From: Escherichia phage vB_EcoM_KWBSE43-6
DNA length: 64,000 nt
Strand: one strand, 5' to 3'
Sequence record: NC_048186.1
The notes beneath the pieces are model-generated. The model did not search any database, was not told the origin of the DNA, and saw only the letters and a list, made by a program, of their open reading frames with translations. The translations under genes were made by a program, and so were the position numbers. Below are positions 57,398 to 64,000 of this stretch, in pieces (the first letter of the stretch is position 1; every line of letters begins with the position of its first letter).

Positions 57398-59308
57398 TTA
57401 TTCATCCTCTGTTTCGAACAAGCAAACGTCACTAAACCAGGTCTTGCGGTAATCCGCCGCCTTATCACCAAACCCATCATTCAATGAATTCTTGTAGGCA
57501 TCATCCAGAACGACCGTCGTAGTATACGCATCCAGATTGTTTAGAATACGTTTGAAATCTTCGGTGCTGTTACCCCCAAGACCTTTCAGATATTTCTTCT
57601 TTGTGATCTTTTTAGATTCTGGGGTCTTCATGAACTCTTCATATTCGGCGTTGTTCATGAACTCATGCATTTCTTTACCGCACCACACACGCATGTACGG
57701 GGAGCGCAGAAGTTTAAGACGCCCCTGGCGGACATATTCTGGCCAGAACGTACAGTACATGGTAATCAACAGGCCACGGATATGAATGCCGTCATCGTCC
57801 GCGTCCGTAGCGACAACCGTGCAAGGATAACGGCTGGTGTCAATCGGTTGCCCCGGTACTGCGCCGCCGTGGATAGTACACAGGTTCTTGAATTCTTCGT
57901 TGGCCATGACCTTGGCGCGCGAAGCGTTCAAGCAGTTGATGAATTTACCACGCAGAGGAAACAGACCGATTTTCTTGGTGTCACGGGCATTGAGGATAGG
58001 GTTAGACGCGCTATCACCCTCGGTCAACACCAGTACGCAGCCTGAACGATCACCACGGGCCGTCGCGGGATAATACTTTTCAATTTCACGATAATCGCGT
58101 TTGGTGATTTCCTTTTTGGCCTTTTCAAACTCAGCGTCATCCTGGTCATTACGCAAAGCCGCCAGTTCCTTACCCAAGCCGATGGTAACATATTCCAGCG
58201 CCTTACGAATCAAGCGATCAGACGGTTTGTATGTTGTTCCAAACTGACTGACAGGTGTGGTCATGCGCTCTTTAGTCTGACTATCAAACCGGGGGTTATC
58301 GATGTCAGCAGATATGAAAAGCATCATATGGTTCTTGATCATCGCTGGCTTCAATTCTGTCTTGAATTTTTTAGACAGCGGAGTACGAATCGCAGCAACG
58401 ATCTGGTCGGCAACATAGTCGACATGCGGCCCGCCGACGTGAGTAGCGATACTGTTGACATACGACGCATGCATGAACGTGCCGTTCGAAGGCGCGATAG
58501 CAACAGACCAATCCCCTGATTCGTCTACAGATGAACCCTGGCAGAAGTAATCCACGAAATGACCAAAGCGATCAATCCGGATAGGCTTGCCATTGAGGAC
58601 GATCTTCAAACGAGGGTTACACGCCGCTACTTCAAATGCCCGGCGGTAGATCATCAGCAGATTATTGTTATCCAGACCTTTGATCCCCAGACGTTCATAA
58701 TCCGGGATCCAGGCGATGGTCGTACCCGGCGCGTTCAGGTTACTGATCGTCGGCTCTGAACGTTTGCTCATATTGTTCTCAAACGTCTGGAGATAAGACT
58801 TCTTGCCGTCGTTGGTAGATACCCGGAACCATTTTGAGAACACGTTTACGAGAGAAGCGCCTTCGCCGTTCTGGCCACCAGATTTCTTGTTGTTGTACTC
58901 TTCGTCATCATCGTTGAAGTTACTACCAGCATACAAGGAGCCGAAGAGCATCTCCGGGAGCCATTCTTTGGTCTCACCGTGTTTTACCACAGGGATGCCG
59001 CCGTTGTCAGAAACGATGATCTGGCCATTCATCGCCATTACCGTAACAGTGATCTCGTTGAGGCGTTTCCCCTCAGGAGTTTTGCTATGGTCAACGCAGT
59101 TCGTGATAATCTCATCGAACTGTTTGATCAGCGCCGGGGAATAGGTAAAGTTGTCCTTGAACACAACCTGATCTTTTACCGGGTCATAAACCCAAACCGT
59201 CCCGGATGTTGAACGGATACTGCCCAGATGACGTTCTGGGCGGAGAAGGATATGCTCTACATGGGAGAGCTTCTTGTACTTTCTTTCAATGTTAACGTTA
59301 CTGGTCAT
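57398..59308 (-). CDS. DNA topoisomerase II large subunit (GyrB-type ATPase + TOPRIM; T4 gp39+gp60 equivalent in one ORF)
   Basis: 636 aa; GHKL ATPase N-terminus (HILLRPERHLGS, NCVDHS), TOPRIM block VLVLTEGDSAS, C-terminal PLRGKFINC region contiguous. Confidence 0.85.
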   Translation of the reverse strand: MTSNVNIERKYKKLSHVEHILLRPERHLGSIRSTSGTVWVYDPVKDQVVFKDNFTYSPALIKQFDEIITNCVDHSKTPEGKRLNEITVTVMAMNGQIIVSDNGGIPVVKHGETKEWLPEMLFGSLYAGSNFNDDDEEYNNKKSGGQNGEGASLVNVFSKWFRVSTNDGKKSYLQTFENNMSKRSEPTISNLNAPGTTIAWIPDYERLGIKGLDNNNLLMIYRRAFEVAACNPRLKIVLNGKPIRIDRFGHFVDYFCQGSSVDESGDWSVAIAPSNGTFMHASYVNSIATHVGGPHVDYVADQIVAAIRTPLSKKFKTELKPAMIKNHMMLFISADIDNPRFDSQTKERMTTPVSQFGTTYKPSDRLIRKALEYVTIGLGKELAALRNDQDDAEFEKAKKEITKRDYREIEKYYPATARGDRSGCVLVLTEGDSASNPILNARDTKKIGLFPLRGKFINCLNASRAKVMANEEFKNLCTIHGGAVPGQPIDTSRYPCTVVATDADDDGIHIRGLLITMYCTFWPEYVRQGRLKLLRSPYMRVWCGKEMHEFMNNAEYEEFMKTPESKKITKKKYLKGLGGNSTEDFKRILNNLDAYTTTVVLDDAYKNSLNDGFGDKAADYRKTWFSDVCLFETEDE

Positions 59309-59356
59309 CTTCCTATCCCGTCAATGTAAACACACAAGATTATGTATGGGATTGGC

Positions 59357-59983
59357 TTATAGACCAAATTTGCCCCGCCACTTTTCGACTTTGTGCTCAA
59401 ATGCGTGCTCAACTTTTATTCTAATCGATGACGGTTCTGCACAATGATAATACGTTCTTCCTTCATCAGTCCCATATTGAGGGGCGCAACCGTATGACAA
59501 TGCCAATTGAGCTGTGTATCTGATTAAAGTGCTCACCAGGAAGTTTAAATTATCGGTAGATCTTTGTGGCTGGTTTAGCAATCTGGTGATACGCCCTTTC
59601 ATATGATGGATCATAGCTAAATTCTTTTCTGGCCCTGTGGTGGTATCACAGAAAAGGTGGTCTTCAAGGGAATATTGGCGGAAATCAGAATATCCTTGCG
59701 ACAACGCCATTTGGGTTATAATTGAATCAATAATTTCATCTTTCGTCATATTACCATGGATTTGTGCATCTTTGTAATCGCAGACATACAAAAGATCAAC
59801 TGCTGAGATAATCACGTCAGCTATTTCTCCATTGAGTGGCTCTGAAGCTGCGATGCCGTGGTAAACATCGGAAAGTTCACATACTTCTTCCACCAGTTTA
59901 CAGAAGACGAAAAATGGAGAACGATCTGGATTGACCACAGTACATTCATATGACGTATTGACAATATTACGCAGAAATTTCAT
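59357..59983 (-). CDS. MazG-like nucleotide pyrophosphohydrolase domain protein
   Basis: EEVCEL ... GEIADVIISAVDLLY resembling the MazG EExxE...E..D motif; 208 aa. Confidence 0.45.
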   Translation of the reverse strand: MKFLRNIVNTSYECTVVNPDRSPFFVFCKLVEEVCELSDVYHGIAASEPLNGEIADVIISAVDLLYVCDYKDAQIHGNMTKDEIIDSIITQMALSQGYSDFRQYSLEDHLFCDTTTGPEKNLAMIHHMKGRITRLLNQPQRSTDNLNFLVSTLIRYTAQLALSYGCAPQYGTDEGRTYYHCAEPSSIRIKVEHAFEHKVEKWRGKFGL

Positions 59984-60465
59984 TTCAAATATCCTTCTAG
60001 GCGAAAGCGGTTGATATGTTGTATGATAAAGTCCATAGAGTTTTGAAAACTATATTTTCCCTGATGTTCATATGCATGTATCAGGGGAAGGTGGCTATGG
60101 GCTAATTGGAAACGCAGCTTGGGCGGCATCGTCAGCAATTTTTGGCTTGTTGCTGCAATGATGTCGTGTTTAAATTTGGGGTCATCAGGAGACAGAACGA
60201 CAATCTGCGACTTGGCCAGAGTCTGACCGAATTGTTTGGCATCATTTCCATAAAGGCTACGCAGGTCATCGTGCCGATATTTGAGCCAATACCAGTAGCC
60301 TTCCATCGAGTTGAAAACGCCATCGACAGTATCCATGGGATGGTATGCAAAATGGGACAGGAATCTCCCCAGCTCGGTGCGGCTCCGACTGTAAATGTTG
60401 TAATGTGTCTTGCCTTCGCTATCCGGCGTCATACGATCTTTTGGAACATTGAGTAATAGGAACAT
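59980..60465 (-). CDS. Hypothetical protein
   Basis: 161 aa ORF. Confidence 0.4.
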   Translation of the reverse strand: MFLLLNVPKDRMTPDSEGKTHYNIYSRSRTELGRFLSHFAYHPMDTVDGVFNSMEGYWYWLKYRHDDLRSLYGNDAKQFGQTLAKSQIVVLSPDDPKFKHDIIAATSQKLLTMPPKLRFQLAHSHLPLIHAYEHQGKYSFQNSMDFIIQHINRFRLEGYLK

Positions 60466-60508
60466 GATATAGGATTCTCAAATCAATATATTGCTGTGTG
60501 TAGCAGAT

Positions 60509-60700
60509 TTATAATTTCCTGGATGCGATCAGGAAACTGACGACAGATACAGCACCAAACAGCCCAGATAATATAAATCTGACCAAAGGGAAGTCAGGGG
60601 CCGCAACAAGACTGACTGCGTTTTCCAGGCATATCATGAATGATATACCGCAAAGCATTCCCAGGGCGAACTGATTCGGTTTATGACGTAAACGTACCAT
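60509..60700 (-). CDS. Small membrane protein (2 TM)
   Basis: AGGAGG RBS; hydrophobic helices. Confidence 0.45.
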   Translation of the reverse strand: MVRLRHKPNQFALGMLCGISFMICLENAVSLVAAPDFPLVRFILSGLFGAVSVVSFLIASRKL

Positions 60701-60704
60701 TTCA

Positions 60705-60732
60705 CACCTCCTGGTTGATTAAAAGGGGCCAA
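60705..60732 (-). terminator. Intrinsic terminator on - strand (AGGGGC TTTG GCCCCT + TTTT)
   Basis: GC stem then T-run on - strand. Confidence 0.5.
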
Positions 60733-60744
60733 AGCCCCTATTAT

Positions 60745-61236
60745 CTAGCCGAGAAAGACAACTAGTTTCAAATTAGTAAGAGCAGAGCGACTCTCTTTTA
60801 ACATTTTATGTGCAGCATCAAGGCGTTTCGGATCGTGTAAAGTATCAGAGAATACGATAATATCAGCCTTGTCAATCTTGGTGCCCATATAATGACTAAT
60901 TGTGGTGGTACTGTCTTTCTTATCAACATGCGGGGCCGGTACGTTATAGGGAGAAGAAAAGAAAGAACCACGCTCGCTTTCACTGTGAAAGACAGCCATA
61001 ATACGGACGTTATTTTCTGTTTGGAAATTGTAAGACAGGAGTTTCTTCAGCGCTGCTGTATGACCTGTCTGCCTGATCATACGGTAATATAGAATGTTGC
61101 CCGGTTCAATAATATCTACCAAGCTCCGCGATTCGCGGTCTTTTTGGATTTCGTACGCATCCAATATAAGTTGTTGTATCATCTCAACGTGAGCATTCAA
61201 TGAGATTTCTACTCTGCGTTTTACCATAGATTGCAT
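60745..61236 (-). CDS. Hypothetical protein
   Basis: Start at ATG 61236 (GAGGA RBS) downstream of terminator at 61285-61320; track ORF extends further 5' but would span the terminator. Confidence 0.4.
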   Translation of the reverse strand: MQSMVKRRVEISLNAHVEMIQQLILDAYEIQKDRESRSLVDIIEPGNILYYRMIRQTGHTAALKKLLSYNFQTENNVRIMAVFHSESERGSFFSSPYNVPAPHVDKKDSTTTISHYMGTKIDKADIIVFSDTLHDPKRLDAAHKMLKESRSALTNLKLVVFLG

Positions 61237-61284
61237 TTGTGTATCCTCGGTTAAGTTCCGCTCATGGGGAACTGGTGGATTATA

Positions 61285-61320
61285 CCCCGAGTAACACATA
61301 AAGAAAAAGAGGCCGAAGCC
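61285..61320 (-). terminator. Intrinsic terminator on - strand (AAGAGGC TTCG GCCTCTT + T-run)
   Basis: GC stem; T-rich 3' flank on - strand. Confidence 0.5.
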
Positions 61321-61324
61321 TCTT

Positions 61325-61546
61325 TTATTCATCATACTTGCCTGTCCTGAAATTCCATTTCTTGGCTTTGCTGAAGTCAATATCCTTGAAGATATTCCCA
61401 AAGATTTTCTTGAACTCTGATTCCTCTTCAAGATCCTTCGGTTTCTTCACGGGTTCCTTGACCATACCGCCTTCGGGTTTCCCCACATCGGCGGTCGTGG
61501 TGGCAGGAGGAGAAGAATCTTCAAGGAAATCCTTGAAGGTCTTCAT
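61325..61546 (-). CDS. Hypothetical small basic/acidic protein
   Basis: 73 aa ORF. Confidence 0.4.
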   Translation of the reverse strand: MKTFKDFLEDSSPPATTTADVGKPEGGMVKEPVKKPKDLEEESEFKKIFGNIFKDIDFSKAKKWNFRTGKYDE

Positions 61547-61547
61547 A

Positions 61548-62357
61548 TTAGACTACAGCCATTTCACAACGGGTAGAAGTCACTGAATGGCCATCGGCGT
61601 CAGAAACAACACACCAATATTCGCCTTCGTCGGCAGCATCCACAGCAGTCACAACCAGGTTAGCGGTTGATGCAGTCGCGTTGGTGCCAGCGTCAATAAC
61701 CGAACCTGCGCCACCCGGCACATCAGAGAAATGCCACACATAAGTGTACGGGGTAGTGCCGCCCGCAGCGACAACGCTAAACGTCGCGTCTTGGCCGCTG
61801 GTAACGTCTTTAGTTGCCGTCAGATCGGTTGAAAGAGACAAAGCGCCCGCAACGGTGATGACGGTTGAATCGGTATGGTTGCCTTCTACGGTGACGCCAT
61901 AGACGGTCACGGAACCGGGCTGAAGCAGTTTGAATTTACCGCCGCCGATATGGACTGCTTTAGTCACGTCACCGGAATACCAGTTGACGCCTTTGTAGGT
62001 TGCATTCGCCGGAGCCACCGTCGCCAGAAGTTCAACCACTTGCCCAATTTCACCATTGGCGGTTGCCGGGGTGATAGTGAGACCAGTAGTCAGGACTGCG
62101 CTGGGATCGTGAATTTCGTAAGATACCAGGAAGCCAACGGGCTTCGAAGGATCGATTTTGGTCACGCCGTCTGCTTCCAGATTAGATTTGGTCAGCAGTG
62201 CATCAAGACCTTTACATTCGGTCAGAATTTCGTTCGGGTCTTGGTTCAGACTGGTTTTCTGCCAGCCCTTGGCAACCCCGGTAACAACATGACCACGTTC
62301 GGTCTCCGGTTTGTTGCGTACAACATACGGCGCGACTAATACATTGATTGTTGGCAT
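61548..62357 (-). CDS. Ig-like domain virion protein (Hoc-like decoration protein or adhesin)
   Basis: Tandem Ig-like/Big_2-like beta-rich repeats; C-terminal YTYVWHF ... DEGEYWCVVSD classic Ig-fold signature; GGAGG RBS before ATG 62357. Confidence 0.5.
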   Translation of the reverse strand: MPTINVLVAPYVVRNKPETERGHVVTGVAKGWQKTSLNQDPNEILTECKGLDALLTKSNLEADGVTKIDPSKPVGFLVSYEIHDPSAVLTTGLTITPATANGEIGQVVELLATVAPANATYKGVNWYSGDVTKAVHIGGGKFKLLQPGSVTVYGVTVEGNHTDSTVITVAGALSLSTDLTATKDVTSGQDATFSVVAAGGTTPYTYVWHFSDVPGGAGSVIDAGTNATASTANLVVTAVDAADEGEYWCVVSDADGHSVTSTRCEMAVV

Positions 62358-62728
62358 GGTTTCCTCCACTCATCCAAATCGTTGTTCAGAGCCATCATCA
62401 GCTCGTTATCTGGTTCATAAGAACCGGAACATAAATCATCTCTCCATACACCTAACGTCAACAACGCTGCTTTCAGACGAGGATGTTGGGACTTGTCAGT
62501 TTTCAACACTAACATTCGGCATACAGCCTCAGTCTCAAAAGTGTTGAAAAGTGTAATCAATTGATTGATAAGGACTCGGGGACTTTTCCCGGGAACAAAT
62601 CGTTTCAATGATTGATTAATTAGCGAAATTCGCTGAATGTCCACCATCAAATCATCTCTTGAGACACAAGGAGTAATATAATGCCTCAGAGCGTATTCCA
62701 TTAAATTGCTTTCATCAACAATAGGCAT
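62336..62728 (-). CDS. Hypothetical protein
   Basis: 130 aa ORF. Confidence 0.4.
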   Translation of the reverse strand: MPIVDESNLMEYALRHYITPCVSRDDLMVDIQRISLINQSLKRFVPGKSPRVLINQLITLFNTFETEAVCRMLVLKTDKSQHPRLKAALLTLGVWRDDLCSGSYEPDNELMMALNNDLDEWRKPCQQSMY

Positions 62729-62759
62729 ATAGAATAAGTTCAGCTGTTGTACACTGGAC

Positions 62760-63170
62760 TTATTTAATCTGAAGTTTTTCGATCAATTTGGCGATCAGTT
62801 TGTCCCGGTCTGTTTCTACAATACCCAGAGGCTCACCCAATACCGACAGATCATTGATATCCAGAAGATTGAGGGTTTCTACTGTAATATCAGTGCTGAT
62901 GACCGTTCCCGGTTCTATCGGTCGGCCGAATTTGTCGCGACCATAACGTTTGAGGGTGCTGGCAAGCCCGGTTAGCTCCTCCAGAAGCTCCTTATCGCCG
63001 TTTTTATGCTCGCATACCCAACCATAGTCACCAGCATATACCGTGGCGCCGTCGCCAACGTTCGGGATGTTATCCAGGACGCGCTGCAGGTATGATGGAA
63101 TTTTCTGTTCTTCTACTGCGGTGATTGGGTCAACAACAGCAGTATCTTTAACTTTCGGTGTCTTGGCCAT
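62760..63170 (-). CDS. Hypothetical protein
   Basis: Start at ATG 63170 (MAKTPKV) with AGGAG RBS. Confidence 0.4.
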   Translation of the reverse strand: MAKTPKVKDTAVVDPITAVEEQKIPSYLQRVLDNIPNVGDGATVYAGDYGWVCEHKNGDKELLEELTGLASTLKRYGRDKFGRPIEPGTVISTDITVETLNLLDINDLSVLGEPLGIVETDRDKLIAKLIEKLQIK

Positions 63171-63444
63171 GTTCAGTTCTCCTATAGACTTTGATATATT
63201 TACCACAGCAATTGCATTGGTATTCATGCATACAACGCCCGTCGTCATTAAAGTCACATGCCCCACAATGACAGAATAATTTTACAAATTGGCTCCCTTC
63301 AATATTCCTGACCGGGAAATGTTTGTATGAATATTCTCGCATTTCACCGTCAAATTGAAAAGAATCTATTAAGAACTTTTCAGTCGTTCTATAAGGCCCA
63401 AATGTCTGGCGAGCATATTTGAAATAAACATCTCTGGTTTCCAT
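63148..63444 (-). CDS. Small Cys-rich protein (CHCGAC ... CNCCG)
   Basis: 98 aa with two Cys clusters. Confidence 0.4.
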   Translation of the reverse strand: METRDVYFKYARQTFGPYRTTEKFLIDSFQFDGEMREYSYKHFPVRNIEGSQFVKLFCHCGACDFNDDGRCMHEYQCNCCGKYIKVYRRTEHGQDTES

Positions 63445-63449
63445 GAATT

Positions 63450-63480
63450 AACTCCAACAAAAAGGGGCCGAAGCCCCTTA
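63450..63480 (-). terminator. Intrinsic terminator on - strand (AAGGGGC TTCG GCCCCTT + TTTTGTT)
   Basis: GC stem and T-run on - strand. Confidence 0.5.
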
Positions 63481-63496
63481 TTTTACGCTGTCGTGA

Positions 63497-63994
63497 TTAA
63501 CGATAAAGCCCTTCAACGTCAATGGATTTGTGTTGACGGTTATATTCAGTGGTGTAGTCGTCTAACACCAGATATTCACAGCAGCGAATTTTACTGGACT
63601 TGTAGTCATCAGTGATCGACACGATGTCCTTCGGGTTCAGCTTACAACGAACAACGCGCTGACCCAAGTGGCCGAAGCATTGCTTCAGATATGCCAGCGA
63701 GCAGACGTGCAGCCCATAGGAGCACAGGTCTTTGTTGTCATCGTTGACGAAGGAACGCGCCATGCGTACGATCGTTCCCGGAGTGTTGTCGATCGTACCA
63801 GAGTGCTTGTCCATGTAATTGCCACGGACCGACTTGTACAGAATGATGTCACCGTCTTCAGCAATCTCAATATCCGAGTATGCCATGAATTCATAGATGC
63901 GGCCAGACTGTACCAGGGACGAACTCGGGTTCTGGAACATCTTATCCAGGAAGTTCGTCAGGCGCTGCATGTTGCTGTAATCACCACGCAGCAT
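63497..63994 (-). CDS. Hypothetical protein (N-terminus near window edge)
   Basis: 165 aa ORF; upstream context not visible. Confidence 0.4.
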   Translation of the reverse strand: MLRGDYSNMQRLTNFLDKMFQNPSSSLVQSGRIYEFMAYSDIEIAEDGDIILYKSVRGNYMDKHSGTIDNTPGTIVRMARSFVNDDNKDLCSYGLHVCSLAYLKQCFGHLGQRVVRCKLNPKDIVSITDDYKSSKIRCCEYLVLDDYTTEYNRQHKSIDVEGLYR

Positions 63995-64000
63995 CAGTGT

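Noticed and set aside
1-64000. CRISPR arrays, tRNA genes, integrase/transposase, group I introns or translational bypass elements
   Set aside because: No regularly spaced direct repeats, no cloverleaf-like sequence recognised by eye in intergenic gaps, no recombinase-like ORF, and nrdA, nrdB, the TS-family gene and topoisomerase genes are all uninterrupted; a tRNA scan tool would be needed to exclude tRNAs definitively

Overview
This window reads as a segment of a lytic, T4-superfamily (T-even-like) myovirus genome with T4 core genes in a rearranged, mosaic order; all calls are by eye from the sequence and the ORF track, with no database search run. On the + strand (1-42975) lie replication, recombination and nucleotide-metabolism genes: gp46 SbcC/Rad50-like ATPase, gp61 primase, an endolysin, PhoH, NrdA/NrdB/glutaredoxin, a RuvC-like resolvase, gp32 SSB, a thymidylate-synthase-family enzyme with a gp1-like dNMP kinase and an NTP pyrophosphatase, UvsX, gp41 helicase and DNA ligase. 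On the - strand lie baseplate genes (gp25, a gp5-like spike with a CHAP/NlpC-like domain, two gp19-family tube-junction paralogues, a tape-measure-like protein) and an early-type cluster (dCMP deaminase, HAD phosphatase, metallophosphoesterase, QueC-like PP-loop ATPase, DexA-like exonuclease, macro domain, topoisomerase II subunits, MazG-like protein). Many genes end in GC-stem hairpin terminators, and four T4-type late promoter motifs (TATAAATA or a near match) precede structural genes. No integrase, transposase, CRISPR array or tRNA was recognised. The most interesting candidates are the pyrimidine-modification cluster at 31281-34630 and the orphan QueC-like gene at 52033-52698, both pointing to possible DNA base modification. 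About half of the small ORFs have no recognisable function.
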